Positions 1 to 10,606 of a DNA stretch of 64,000 nt are shown in pieces. The stretch lies in NCBI GenBank assembly GCA_030524345.1, contig JAUNGP010000002.1, positions 30,514-94,513 of the forward strand. The letters are read 5' to 3'. Below the pieces are notes generated by a model that worked only from the letters and a program-made list of their open reading frames with translations, was not told where the DNA came from and searched no databases. The stretch comes from Clostridia bacterium. GTDB taxonomy: Bacteria > Bacillota > Clostridia > TANB77 > CAG-465. Numbering within the stretch: the stretch's first letter is position 1; each line of letters opens with the position of its first letter. Made by a program: the position numbers and the translations under genes.

Positions 1-794
1 TCGATAATTTCTTGTACACGTCCAACGCTACCATCTTCTAACATTACTTTAATTCCTCTATGATGCATTTGACTATTCGTAAGTATTCTTGCCACAATTC
101 CCTCTGTCAATATTCCTGTCTTTTGATCCTTTTTTAGTACAATTTTGACTCTCATACCTGGAACAATATAACTTCTTACCTGATTTTTCTTATTAATGAT
201 ATTACCATGATTGTCGACCAAATCAATTTTCTCTTTTTCATTCTTAATATCTTTTTCAAAATATCGATTAAACAATTCTAACCAGCGCCTAGCGACCTTT
301 ATTAACTGTTCTCTATAACTTGGTAACATTTCTTTAATATAGTTTGCCTCTTTGATTGCAAAGTTATAAATATCTTGCGTAATGTCACCACTTTCTAGTG
401 CATCACTTAGTTCATCTTCATCTAAGAAATTAATTTCTCCACTGATATCATAAGTGACATCAATATATAAATCCCTAAAACAAGGCAATCCTCTCTCATC
501 TAAATAATTTTGTAAAGTAACATCAAAATACCACTGAATGATATTACCCACTTCATCAATATTAATTGTAATTGCATAATGTTTTCCAAGGGGAATAATC
601 GTAATCCAAATATATCTATCATCTAAAATACATACATCTTTATTTCCAACTTTAATGATCTTTTTTTGGTTAACTTTCTCAAAATATGTTCCTGCAACAT
701 AGAACTCAGTATCTTCAAACTTAGTCTTAGCAAGTTTGGTATATGATTTATCTATCCTATACCAGTCTTTTCTTGCAATTCCTTTAATTTTCAA
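1..794 (-). CDS. DUF402-like domain fused to C-terminal YwbE (DUF2196)-like domain, runs off window start
   Basis: Not in ORF track because it is open at the edge. TTG start at 794 after AGGTG RBS. Manual translation MKIKGIARKDWYR...WYFDVT...FRDLYIDV...LDEDELSDAL (DUF402-like), then PGMRVKIVLKKDQKTGILTEGIVARILTNSQMHHRGIKVMLEDGSVGRVQEII (YwbE-like). Confidence 0.8.
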   Translation of the reverse strand, partial: MKIKGIARKDWYRIDKSYTKLAKTKFEDTEFYVAGTYFEKVNQKKIIKVGNKDVCILDDRYIWITIIPLGKHYAITINIDEVGNIIQWYFDVTLQNYLDERGLPCFRDLYIDVTYDISGEINFLDEDELSDALESGDITQDIYNFAIKEANYIKEMLPSYREQLIKVARRWLELFNRYFEKDIKNEKEKIDLVDNHGNIINKKNQVRSYIVPGMRVKIVLKKDQKTGILTEGIVARILTNSQMHHRGIKVMLEDGSVGRVQEII

Positions 795-878
795 TATACT
801 CACCTACTTTTTAATATATTTTATAGTATAACACATAGATGCAAAAAAATAAACTTAAGCAACTCATAAAACTTAAGT

Positions 879-1613
879 TTATTTCACTTCAAACTTTTGC
901 ACACTTTTACCTTGCAACACTCTTTGACTATTTTCTAATATTATATTTAATTTTTCTTCTTTTATTACTTTCTTTATTTTTTTCATACATTCACAATATC
1001 TATCGTATATTCTTGTAGAATCGTGAGAATCTGTTGCAATTAAATGAACCATATCATGCTTTAATAATTTTTTCACATTTTTTTTAGCATACTTTCCATA
1101 AGTTCCACTGATACTCCCAACATTGATCTGAAGCAATGCACCAAGTTCAATTAGTCTCACAAACTCCTTATAACTTTTCTTGGTAAAACTGTATCTTTCA
1201 GGATGAGCAATAATTGGAATATATCCTAAATATACCAAATTTTCTACTTCATTTAGCATATTTAATGGTTTGATATTATACATTGGAAATTCAAATAAGA
1301 CATACTTAGTTTCGTTAATAGATAAAGCCTTTGTTTCCACCATTAAATTAGCAATTCCATTCGTAAAAAATATTTCATTTCCAGCATACAATTCTACACA
1401 AATTCCATTTTTTTTTAATTCTAAGTTTAGCCTTTTTACTGAATCCTTTATGACAGCAGAAGATATCTTTGTATCCCTCTCAATATAATGAGGTGTGGCA
1501 ACTATATGATTTATTCCAAGGGACTCCGCTTTTTTTGCCATTTTCAATGTTTCTTCAAAAGACTTTGAACCATCATCTACAAGCGGAATGATGTGACAAT
1601 GAATATCTACCAT
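879..1613 (-). CDS. cpsB: PHP-family protein-tyrosine phosphatase (CpsB/YwqE)
   Basis: DIHCHI...DDGS, ATPH, AHPERY and ATDSH motifs; next to cpsD/cpsC. Confidence 0.9.
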   Translation of the reverse strand: MVDIHCHIIPLVDDGSKSFEETLKMAKKAESLGINHIVATPHYIERDTKISSAVIKDSVKRLNLELKKNGICVELYAGNEIFFTNGIANLMVETKALSINETKYVLFEFPMYNIKPLNMLNEVENLVYLGYIPIIAHPERYSFTKKSYKEFVRLIELGALLQINVGSISGTYGKYAKKNVKKLLKHDMVHLIATDSHDSTRIYDRYCECMKKIKKVIKEEKLNIILENSQRVLQGKSVQKFEVK

Positions 1614-1633
1614 ATTTTTATCCTTTCAAAAAA

Positions 1634-1661
1634 AGGTAAAGTAAACAATTTACTTTACCCT
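1634..1661. terminator. Hairpin between cpsD and cpsB
   Basis: Inverted repeat GGTAAAGTAAA/TTTACTTTACC flanked by an A-run. Confidence 0.55.
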
Positions 1662-1668
1662 TACCAAT

Positions 1669-2466
1669 TTATTGTTTACCTCTAGCACTAACAAGCTTAG
1701 AAAGTTTCTTTACATTTTTTGTTATGATATTTTCATCCTTCTTAGCTTTTTTAGAACTATATTTTTCATAAGACTCATATAAATCTTTACTGCTTTCAGG
1801 AGCAATTTGATTTAAAATAACCCCAACAAGATTACCTCCAACTCCCTCAATAGACTTTTTAGAACTAACTAATAACTCCTTTTTAGTCTTATTTGCAGCA
1901 GCTACTAATAACACATAATCTACTTTTTTACATATTACTAAACTATCAGCAAGAATACTTACAGGAGGCGTATCAAATAATATGACATCGTATTCCTCTT
2001 TGGCAATCTTTAATAACTTATCCAAATTACGACATCCAAGTAGTTCAGATGGATTATATGGAACTGGACCAGATGGCATTAAAGATAAATTTTCTATACC
2101 AGTATCTACTATGAGATTATAGAATTCTTCTTTTTCTTGTTCTTTATCATGATTCTTTTTATTATTTGTAAGGCCTCTTAAATAATCTGATAAACCAGTA
2201 TGATTAACCTTTCCAAAAATTCTGTGTTGTCTACCTTTTCGTAGGTCTGCATCAACAATTAATACTTTCATGCCAAATTGTGCAAAAGAGATAGCAAGAT
2301 TTGCTGTAATCCAACTTTTTCCATCACCTGGTTCAGCACTTGTAATATCAATAATCTTTCCTTTTTCTCCCTGAAACATATACAATAAATTAGTTCTAAA
2401 TACCCTAAAGGACTCAGCAATTGGTGACTTTGGTAAATTATTTACTACAATTTCATTAGTTTCCAT
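1669..2466 (-). CDS. cpsD: CpsD/CapB-family tyrosine-protein kinase (BY-kinase)
   Basis: PKSPIAESFR, Walker A GDGKS, DADLRK, DTPP; likely start METNEIV at 2466. Confidence 0.92.
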   Translation of the reverse strand: METNEIVVNNLPKSPIAESFRVFRTNLLYMFQGEKGKIIDITSAEPGDGKSWITANLAISFAQFGMKVLIVDADLRKGRQHRIFGKVNHTGLSDYLRGLTNNKKNHDKEQEKEEFYNLIVDTGIENLSLMPSGPVPYNPSELLGCRNLDKLLKIAKEEYDVILFDTPPVSILADSLVICKKVDYVLLVAAANKTKKELLVSSKKSIEGVGGNLVGVILNQIAPESSKDLYESYEKYSSKKAKKDENIITKNVKKLSKLVSARGKQ

Positions 2467-3169
2467 ATACGTTTTCCGCCTCCAATTCTTCATTATATAA
2501 TGCTATAGATGCAATTACTGGCACTCCAAGTAATTCTTCTATATCTTCTTGTTTCTTAATTGTGTTATCAAAATAATATATGATAAAGATTATACCACAA
2601 GATAGAACCAATCCAATCATTCCAAAAAGACATGTATTTTTAAAAGTTCCTATATTATATGGATAGATACTTGGTTCTGCAATATCAATTACAGATAAAT
2701 TCTCTATCTTATACACTTCTGATATCTTTTCTCTAAATACTTCTACTAAACAATTAGCAATATCTGATGCAAGTATAGGATCTTCATTTGATACAGATAT
2801 TAAAATAAGTTCTGTATCATCTTTGGCATTAACAGTGATACGAGACATAAACTCTTCTTCACTCATAGCAAGATCCAATTTGCTAATTACTTGTTTTGCT
2901 ATTGTTTTACTTTTTATAATTTCACTATATGTAGATACTAATTTTTGATTTAATGTAACATCGTTTTGTGTTATTTCACTAATTTGCACATCATTTTTTG
3001 TACTAGTTACTTGAGATAACACAAAAGAGGTTGTTGATTTATATAACGGATCTATCATATATCTAGAATAGATGAAACCTGCTATAGCTCCAATGATTGT
3101 TACTATAATTACTATATATAGCTTTTTCAATAATACATTTAAAAGCTCTTTTATATCTATTTCTTCCAT
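2456..3169 (-). CDS. cpsC: Wzz/CpsC chain-length regulator, BY-kinase modulator
   Basis: MEEIDIKELL N-terminus, two TM segments, DNTIKKQEDIEELLGVPVIASI. Confidence 0.88.
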   Translation of the reverse strand: MEEIDIKELLNVLLKKLYIVIIVTIIGAIAGFIYSRYMIDPLYKSTTSFVLSQVTSTKNDVQISEITQNDVTLNQKLVSTYSEIIKSKTIAKQVISKLDLAMSEEEFMSRITVNAKDDTELILISVSNEDPILASDIANCLVEVFREKISEVYKIENLSVIDIAEPSIYPYNIGTFKNTCLFGMIGLVLSCGIIFIIYYFDNTIKKQEDIEELLGVPVIASIALYNEELEAENVYGN

Positions 3170-3300
3170 TTTTTCTACCTCCAAATTACGCAAAAGTATT
3201 ATATACTATTTATTTTGCTTTTTCAACATAATTCAACATAAATTTGTAAAGTTTTTGAAATATAAAAAATGCTCTCATAAAAGTATGAGAACATTTATCT

Positions 3301-4275
3301 TTATTTTTCATACAAGTAGGTATAGAAATCTTTTTTAGCCCTTTCTAAATCAGTAGTAAAATAATAAATACCATCAATATATTTTCCTTCACTATAATCG
3401 GTTGATGGAACTTGAATAGAAATAATATTTTGTAAATATTCATTTTTATCACCTATTATAGTAGTTCCAAGACTAATATACTCTGATATATCTACATTTG
3501 TTTTTACCTGCTTTAAAAAGTCACTAGTAAGTGAAAGTATTGTTGTAGTATCCATCTCCGAGATTTTTTCCATAAGCGCTATTAGTATATTTCTTTGTCT
3601 TTCTGCTCTATAAAAATCATTTCCAACATATCTATTTCTAGAATGTTTTAATGCCTGTGCACCATTTAGTGTCACTGTTCCAGAATGCGTCAATTTAGGG
3701 TTACATTCTGTATTAATAAATTCCATCTCATCATCATCTATATCAACAGTTACTCCACCTACCTCATCAATAATGTTAGTAAGACCTGAAAAATCGATCG
3801 TAACATACTCATCAATATTCAGTCCAAAGTTACTATTAATTGTATGAATGCTTAGTTCCTCTTTTCCAAAAGCATATGCATGATTGATTTTATCCATCCC
3901 ATATCCTTCAATATTGACATAGGTATCTCTTGGAATACTGATTAGTTTTATCGATTTTGATTTAGTATTAATAGATGCTATTATAATCGTATCAGATCTT
4001 CCCGCATAAAAATTATCAGGATCTCTTGAATCTGTTCCAAAAAGTACTACATTCCTTATACTCTGAAATTCTGCTTCTGTCATATCTGTTGTTATACTGT
4101 TATATATATCTGTTGTAATCCCTAAATTTGCTTCATTTAATGCTTCATGTTTTATGCCTAAGAACTTAAAACGTAGTAAATAGTATATACTTCCAACAAT
4201 TAATACTACGATAACTAGAATAATTAAAAGCTTTATCAATAATTTACCATTTTTATCATTCTTCAATATTTTCAT
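3301..4275 (-). CDS. LytR-CpsA-Psr (LCP) family phosphotransferase
   Basis: N-terminal TM, GTDSR, RSDTII, SIPRDTYV, KINHAYAFG, DFYRAERQR. Confidence 0.92.
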   Translation of the reverse strand: MKILKNDKNGKLLIKLLIILVIVVLIVGSIYYLLRFKFLGIKHEALNEANLGITTDIYNSITTDMTEAEFQSIRNVVLFGTDSRDPDNFYAGRSDTIIIASINTKSKSIKLISIPRDTYVNIEGYGMDKINHAYAFGKEELSIHTINSNFGLNIDEYVTIDFSGLTNIIDEVGGVTVDIDDDEMEFINTECNPKLTHSGTVTLNGAQALKHSRNRYVGNDFYRAERQRNILIALMEKISEMDTTTILSLTSDFLKQVKTNVDISEYISLGTTIIGDKNEYLQNIISIQVPSTDYSEGKYIDGIYYFTTDLERAKKDFYTYLYEK

Positions 4276-5128
4276 CTACTTTCTTCATTTTTAGTTTAAT
4301 TAAACTAATCTCTGGATGATTAAACAGCCTTATCGGAATTGTCGCCCTACCAAGGCCTGTACTTACAAACATAGTAGATTCGTTTTTTACATATTTTCCA
4401 ACACAATATTTGGGAAACAGCTTTCTTCTTGGAGATAGCAATCCAATCTTAAACACTCTAATTAATCCACCATGCACATGGCCTGAAAATATTAAATCAA
4501 ATCCTAATTTATGATACAATTCAAAATTTAGTGGATCATGTGCAAGTAATATATTAAACTTGTTTAGATCGACTTGTCCACTTTTAGATCTTAAATATGT
4601 AAGATCTCGGTCAATACCAGCATAATTTTTCTCATATCTAATATTGTCCTTAAAATTCAAACCTACTATATTTATTTTTTCGTGACTGTCTATATACATG
4701 CTATCATCTCTTAAAACATGTACTCCACATTTCTCCAGCTCTTTTACATAATTAACATACTTTTTATATCCAAGTGCTCTTTCATGATTTCCAATTGAGT
4801 AATAAACTACATACTTATCAAATATCGGCTTTAATTCTTTTATAAATTTTTTAATGTCATTTTCTCTTTTATCAATAATATCTCCTGTCATAAAAATATA
4901 ATCAGGATTTAACTTTTCAATTTTATTGATTAATACACCATTATTTTTTCCAAATCTCTTGCTATGTAAATCTGATATATGCACTATTTTTACTCCATTA
5001 AATTCACTAGGAATTTTTTCTGATTCATATGTATACTTTTTAACAATTAAATAGTTATTTGAAAAAGCAATACATACGAAAAGTATGATTATACAAATTA
5101 AAATTATAAGTAAGAGTGACGGGTCCAA
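4256..5128 (-). CDS. Metallophosphoesterase (YkuE-like)
   Basis: SDLH, TGDIID, GNHE, LAHDP, SGHVHGG. Confidence 0.88.
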   Translation of the reverse strand: MDPSLLLIILICIIILFVCIAFSNNYLIVKKYTYESEKIPSEFNGVKIVHISDLHSKRFGKNNGVLINKIEKLNPDYIFMTGDIIDKRENDIKKFIKELKPIFDKYVVYYSIGNHERALGYKKYVNYVKELEKCGVHVLRDDSMYIDSHEKINIVGLNFKDNIRYEKNYAGIDRDLTYLRSKSGQVDLNKFNILLAHDPLNFELYHKLGFDLIFSGHVHGGLIRVFKIGLLSPRRKLFPKYCVGKYVKNESTMFVSTGLGRATIPIRLFNHPEISLIKLKMKKVDENIEE

Positions 5129-5236
5129 TTAACATTCCTCCATATCTGAATATGTATTATATTATATTTTATATCTTTTTACAAGAAATTTACAATAAAA
5201 ATAACAATAGAAAAATACTATTGTTATTTTTATCAA

Positions 5237-5632
5237 TTAAAATCTTGTAGTTGTCCCAAATTTTTGAGTAAAATAATCTACTAAAACATTTCCCTCAATT
5301 GCAATATTTCTAAATTTTTCTGGTTCATAATCACTATTTGATAATGTTTGTACAGCTCTAGTTTTTTTCTCATTCCAAAGCTCTAGCTTATTAATAACAT
5401 CTCTTTCAAGCATGCCTTGTACAGATTCATTTCTTGAATTATACATCATATTTATTTTTCTGATCTTCCCATTTAATGGATATCCAATAGAATTGTCACC
5501 TGCTTCTTTTAAAACATAATCAACTCTTGAATCTAAAATCATATTTTCTAGCATTGTTGCTTCTAAAAACATTTCATTGGATATGGCCTTTTTTAATTGC
5601 ATACCCAACTCAATTGGATCTTTTCTAAACAT
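5237..5632 (-). CDS. Hypothetical protein, possible degenerate HEPN-like helical fold
   Basis: GGAGG RBS; FLEA...E...DSRV and W-x2-KKTRAVQ where HEPN proteins have R-x4-H. Confidence 0.6.
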   Translation of the reverse strand: MFRKDPIELGMQLKKAISNEMFLEATMLENMILDSRVDYVLKEAGDNSIGYPLNGKIRKINMMYNSRNESVQGMLERDVINKLELWNEKKTRAVQTLSNSDYEPEKFRNIAIEGNVLVDYFTQKFGTTTRF

Positions 5633-5695
5633 AAACTACCTCCATAAACGATACACTTTTATTATACCATAATATTAGTTTTATGTCAATTAAAT

Positions 5696-6826
5696 TCAAG
5701 AAAAGTATATTGACTCCATCTCTTCTAATACATTTTCTAATTTATATTTTTCTAGATTTTCCATATTAGTTCTAGAAAACATTTCAATAATATTTTTGCT
5801 ATTTAAAATTGTCGTAATCGCATTTGCCATTTTTTCATCATCATCTATTTCTATTAAAAATCCATTAGAATTGTTATCAATTAATTCCCTTGTTCCCCTA
5901 CAATTAGTTGCAACTACTGGTAAATTACACATCATTGCTTCAATAATTTCCATAGGCATTCCCTCAATTTTTGAACATGAAATTAGCATATCAGAAACCT
6001 TCATTAATTTTTCTATATCATTTCTATAACCCAAAAATCTAATATTATTTTTTATATCATAGCTACTAGCCATTCCATGATATTTACCATTTAGTCTATC
6101 TTTTCCTGCAAATAATAAAACGATATTATTATAGTTTTTTGCAATCCTACTTAAAGCACGAATTGCCATTCCCTGGTTTTTATTCTCACATAAATCTCCT
6201 ACACAAAGAATCACAAAAGAGTCCTTATCAATTACCAATTCTTGCTTTAAGCTATTTTTCTCTTCAATAGTTACTTCAGCTTCAATCTTTGACATATCAA
6301 CGCCCATACCTGCTATATTACATATATCTTCTATATCTAATTCATCTAATGCCTTATCATAGTCCTCTTCATTTACTGTAATTAATGTATCCGTATACTT
6401 AGCAAGCATCTTTTCAAGTTGCAAAGAAACAATAGAACCAGCACTTTTGCTACCCTCGTAAAAATCAAAGCCATGTGCGGTATATATGACTCTAGTACCT
6501 TTCTTTCTCAAATTAGATGCTGCCATTCTGGTAATAAACCCAGCTTTTGTCTGATTTGCATGAATTATCTCATAATTTTGCGGCTCAATTATTTCTTTAA
6601 AATTCTTGATTGTTTTAATAGAATTTAAATTGGTTAAACTAAGACCTGAAACATCAAAAGGCACCGTAAATCTTTTATCCGCATATGGAATTTCTTTAGA
6701 ACCACTTGTAGCTACATGAACCTCATATCCCTCATCTTTAAATAATTTTAGATATGGTAAATGAAAAGATAATATATGCTCATCTGTATCTGCTGTAAAT
6801 AAAACTTTTTTATCCATTGTCCTCAC
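5696..6826 (-). CDS. Glycosyltransferase family 4 (EpsD-like)
   Basis: FHLPYL, YTAHGF, NKNQ, EGMPMEIIEAM (ExxxxxxxE). Confidence 0.9.
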   Translation of the reverse strand: MRTMDKKVLFTADTDEHILSFHLPYLKLFKDEGYEVHVATSGSKEIPYADKRFTVPFDVSGLSLTNLNSIKTIKNFKEIIEPQNYEIIHANQTKAGFITRMAASNLRKKGTRVIYTAHGFDFYEGSKSAGSIVSLQLEKMLAKYTDTLITVNEEDYDKALDELDIEDICNIAGMGVDMSKIEAEVTIEEKNSLKQELVIDKDSFVILCVGDLCENKNQGMAIRALSRIAKNYNNIVLLFAGKDRLNGKYHGMASSYDIKNNIRFLGYRNDIEKLMKVSDMLISCSKIEGMPMEIIEAMMCNLPVVATNCRGTRELIDNNSNGFLIEIDDDEKMANAITTILNSKNIIEMFSRTNMENLEKYKLENVLEEMESIYFS

Positions 6827-7280
6827 TCCTTTTTAAATGGTATATGATAAGTTTGAAAAACTTAATAATGACTACTCCTACTAAAATTCCTAAAGAATCA
6901 ATAATAACATCCCTTAGCTCACATGCTCTTCCTGGAACAAATAATTGATGTATTTCATCTGTAATTGCATATATACTACCAATACTAAAACCAATCAGAT
7001 ATATATTCTTTTTTCCTTCATAGTTTAGCATAACACATAAACAAATACAGACTCCACCTATCGTGTATAACGTAAAATGGGCAGTCTTTCTTATCATAAA
7101 GCTTAATTCTTCAACTCTTTGATCTGTAATGTTTTCTCCCAAAATTGTTTTTGTAAAATGATTACTCGTATTTTCCGATTTTAAACTTGACTCGGAAGAA
7201 AATTGAAATACAATTCCCATCCAAATTATAACAATCAGTATACTAAAATATTTTAATAATTTTCTCATGATATTCTCCAT
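6810..7280 (-). CDS. vanZ: VanZ family membrane protein
   Basis: IRKTAHFTLY, DEIHQLFVPGR, DVIIDSLG. Confidence 0.88.
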   Translation of the reverse strand: MENIMRKLLKYFSILIVIIWMGIVFQFSSESSLKSENTSNHFTKTILGENITDQRVEELSFMIRKTAHFTLYTIGGVCICLCVMLNYEGKKNIYLIGFSIGSIYAITDEIHQLFVPGRACELRDVIIDSLGILVGVVIIKFFKLIIYHLKRSEDNG

Positions 7281-7353
7281 GTTATATTAATATATTAGCA
7301 TACCATAAAATAGAATTCAATAAATAAAAAAGAATGTGATAAAAATTCACATT

Positions 7354-8421
7354 CTATTTCTTTAATTTTACTGTAAGTCTTACTGGTTGATGATCACTAT
7401 AGGAGAATGAATTTTCTATTGTTTCAACAGATTTTAATTCTACATTTGGACTTAAAATATAACCATCTATTACATATAACTGTGTGTTATCATAATTTCC
7501 ACTATAAACTTCATTTAAAAGTCTTGAAGTTGGTTTACTTCCATCAACAGCATATTTCCATTTTTCAGGTAAGAAATCTTCTGGAATTGTAGCAGCCGAA
7601 AAATGAGAATCATCTAACACAGGATATTTTGAATTATCTACTACCGGAAATTTTTGATTAAAATCTCCACCAGCGATAACATAATTTCCTTTTTCATATT
7701 CTTCAAGCATTAGATTTTTTAATATTTCTAACTGTTCTAGTCGGGTATTTCCATCATCATATGCTTCTAAATGTAAGTTGATAACAACCAATTCTTTATC
7801 ACAATTCTCCACTTGCATTCTTTGTACCATCAAGCATCTTTTAAACATAACAGCTCTCATAGGCCAACTATAAGCACTAGGGAGTGCTATTCTAGTAGCA
7901 GTTAAAGCGAATTTGTTTAATATTGTCATTCCACTCTCAACATGTCCAACAGAATTAAATATAGGATATGGAATATATAAACATTTATGATAAAAAGCAT
8001 ATGTAGCTGTTCCGTCAAAATCCTTTTTTAGTCCTTCATATTGATTCATATTATAAGAACGTTTAGCCTTATAGTCTACCTCTTGAAATAGATAGATATC
8101 AGCATCCTCGTTTTGTATCAAATTTTGAATTGCCGCTAGGTTTTTATTCACATTGCTAGCGGTCTTAGGCATCACACTTTCCCCACCATCCATAAAAAAA
8201 TCTTGTGTACTATCAAGTGATAAATATCCTAAATTATATGTCAACAGTTTTATATCTTCATCTTGTTTTAGTTTTTTAGTAGCTTCTCCCTCAACAGTGA
8301 GCTCTTCTATATCTTCCGGTTCATATTCAGTAAGCATCAGCACACTAAATCCAACCACTAATAAAAGTATAATAAAAACAATTATTCCAATAACTATTTT
8401 GCGTAGGCTATGATCTTTCAT
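7354..8421 (-). CDS. Endonuclease/exonuclease/phosphatase (EEP) family protein, membrane anchored
   Basis: TYNLGY, FFMDGG, FQEVD, NLHLEAYD, GGDFNQ, SDHQPV. Confidence 0.88.
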   Translation of the reverse strand: MKDHSLRKIVIGIIVFIILLLVVGFSVLMLTEYEPEDIEELTVEGEATKKLKQDEDIKLLTYNLGYLSLDSTQDFFMDGGESVMPKTASNVNKNLAAIQNLIQNEDADIYLFQEVDYKAKRSYNMNQYEGLKKDFDGTATYAFYHKCLYIPYPIFNSVGHVESGMTILNKFALTATRIALPSAYSWPMRAVMFKRCLMVQRMQVENCDKELVVINLHLEAYDDGNTRLEQLEILKNLMLEEYEKGNYVIAGGDFNQKFPVVDNSKYPVLDDSHFSAATIPEDFLPEKWKYAVDGSKPTSRLLNEVYSGNYDNTQLYVIDGYILSPNVELKSVETIENSFSYSDHQPVRLTVKLKK

Positions 8422-8488
8422 AAAGTTCACCTCGTTGAAATTATTATACAATATAAATTATATAAAAACAAGGCATTAAAAGAAAATT

Positions 8489-10018
8489 TTAGCAACCAGT
8501 AATTGGTAGTCTTTTAGGGATTTGTATATTATCATCTTTTACGTTGATAAGTATTTCTTCACCATTTCTTACTATTTCAAATTCAATTTCTTTCTCATTT
8601 AATTGATAATATTTAGGAGCTTCAATTTCTTTTATTTTATATTTTCCAACAAGTAATTCTTGAGATATTGCAACTCCTTCTTTATTAGTAACCATTTCCT
8701 CTATCTTATTTCCTTTTAAATCATATATCGCGAATTTAGCACCCTGTAATGGCATATTCCCTAATACATTACTAAAGCTATTATCCTTTAAACTTGTTTT
8801 TACAATTTTCACTCTTCCTCTTGACTTTTGGTTTTGAAATACTACCTCATTTACTTGTCCAAATTTCACATCTATCTCTTTTACATTATGATCATAATCT
8901 ATATAATAGTTACTTGGCACTTCAATTTCTTCTACTTTTAATCTTTTTTCTTGATCGATTCCTATGTCTAACATATCAAGCACTATTTCACCATTCTTAT
9001 CAGTAATAAATTCTCCATATTCTTGGCCAGTTATCGCATCACTGATTTTAAACTTGACTCCTGCTATCTTTATATTTTCATCCTCTTTATCCACTTTTAT
9101 GATCTTTATTTTTGAATCCACCTTTTTCACATTGAAATCAAGATCAACATGATTAATGGAAAATGGAGCCAAAGTAATTGCCACATTTTGCATATTAGTC
9201 ACCTCAGATATTCCAAGAAGGGAAATATTTTGTTTTAACTTTGTGTCTAATACAAGTTTTATATTAGTATCTTCCCTAATACTACTTATAGGAACTAATA
9301 CTTTAAATTTAGTATTAGTTGAAATATCTGTTATTTCTTTATTATTCTCATCTGTGATCATCACACCCATAGTACTTGATTTTAAAGTAATACTTTTAAT
9401 ATTTGAATTTTGAGACACGACATACTCTTGTGAATAATAATTCGAATCGATCGAATCAATGATTGCAAGCTCTTTACTTTTCTGTATTCTAACAGGCTCA
9501 CTAACAAGATAATCACTATTCATTCCAGTATAATATATCTTGTTAATAGCATTCACTACTCTTTGATATTTTTCTTCATTTGCAACAAGCTTTGATAAAT
9601 CAAGATTACTTGTATACGTCCAAACTGCAAATTGACTAGCAAATCTTGCTTCACTAACCGTTTCTAAACCTAATTCCTCTAAAGATTTATATGGATACGC
9701 ATTAGCAATAATAGATGATATCTTAAGATCATTCATTGCCTCCCTTACAGAAACTCCGTATCCATTATTTGCCTCGGCACCTGGAAGTCCAAGTTCTATA
9801 CAATATACGGTCTCTTCTTCTCCGTTCTCATCAATATAATAATATTCATAATTTTTTTGTCTTACATTCCCATATTTTACATATGATATGGGATCATCAT
9901 GATAATATATATGATAGCTTCCCAGCTTTTCTTCTATGGTACTTGCATATATATTATTGATAATACTTAAAAATAACATTATGATGATAACTACTTTATT
10001 TACTTTTTTACTAACCAC
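8489..10018 (-). CDS. Cys-Gln thioester-domain (TED/TQXA) surface protein with SpaA/Cna-B repeats and terminal LPITG
   Basis: Signal peptide; YCIELG and ASQFAVW (TED motifs); KVDKED...GVKFKI and GAKFAIY...YKIKEIEAPKYY (SpaA/prealbumin-like); ends LPITGC. Confidence 0.8.
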   Translation of the reverse strand: MVSKKVNKVVIIIMLFLSIINNIYASTIEEKLGSYHIYYHDDPISYVKYGNVRQKNYEYYYIDENGEEETVYCIELGLPGAEANNGYGVSVREAMNDLKISSIIANAYPYKSLEELGLETVSEARFASQFAVWTYTSNLDLSKLVANEEKYQRVVNAINKIYYTGMNSDYLVSEPVRIQKSKELAIIDSIDSNYYSQEYVVSQNSNIKSITLKSSTMGVMITDENNKEITDISTNTKFKVLVPISSIREDTNIKLVLDTKLKQNISLLGISEVTNMQNVAITLAPFSINHVDLDFNVKKVDSKIKIIKVDKEDENIKIAGVKFKISDAITGQEYGEFITDKNGEIVLDMLDIGIDQEKRLKVEEIEVPSNYYIDYDHNVKEIDVKFGQVNEVVFQNQKSRGRVKIVKTSLKDNSFSNVLGNMPLQGAKFAIYDLKGNKIEEMVTNKEGVAISQELLVGKYKIKEIEAPKYYQLNEKEIEFEIVRNGEEILINVKDDNIQIPKRLPITGC

Positions 10019-10579
10019 CTATTCAATTCTCCTTTCAACTCCTCTTATACAAAGTCTTTTATTAGGATCATTTTCTACACAGGTGATAAGTGTAATAACA
10101 TTTTTATTGTCAACTCTCTCTAAACAAGAAAAATCATAAACATTGATTATACTTTTACTTTCCACTTCATACACTCTATTTCCATATTGACAATTATATT
10201 TTATTTCATCTCCTATTTCTAATTCCTTTAACCTTTCAAAATAATTGACTTTATTTCCTCGATTATGTGCGGCAAGACATACATTGCCATTATATATATC
10301 AGTATCATCAAAGTGACCAATAAATTCAATTAACACATCACTTGTAACACTTTCTTTTATCTCTGCTCTATTTAAGTTTATTTTTGGAATTGAAATATAC
10401 CAAGAAACATCTTTTACCGTTTCCACCTCTATACTTGAATGATTTACATCGATATGATTAGAATTTTTATTTGAACAAACATTTGAATTATTTAAAAAAA
10501 TAAAAAATATAAAAGAAAAAAGTAATATAACGATAGTTATGAAATATTTTCTATTACCTTGATTCAGTAATTTATCCAC
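10019..10579 (-). CDS. Sortase (class D-like)
   Basis: N-terminal TM, IPKINL, GNVCLAAHNRG, TLITC...R; abuts the TED gene. Confidence 0.88.
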   Translation of the reverse strand: MDKLLNQGNRKYFITIVILLFSFIFFIFLNNSNVCSNKNSNHIDVNHSSIEVETVKDVSWYISIPKINLNRAEIKESVTSDVLIEFIGHFDDTDIYNGNVCLAAHNRGNKVNYFERLKELEIGDEIKYNCQYGNRVYEVESKSIINVYDFSCLERVDNKNVITLITCVENDPNKRLCIRGVERRIE

Positions 10580-10606
10580 ATGATCCTCCTATGTAGAAAA
10601 TTTTAT

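Noticed and set aside
10572-10580. Perfect DnaA box TTATCCACA (also at ~44917 and ~55965)
   Set aside because: Isolated single copies within or at coding sequence; expected by chance in AT-rich DNA; no oriC cluster
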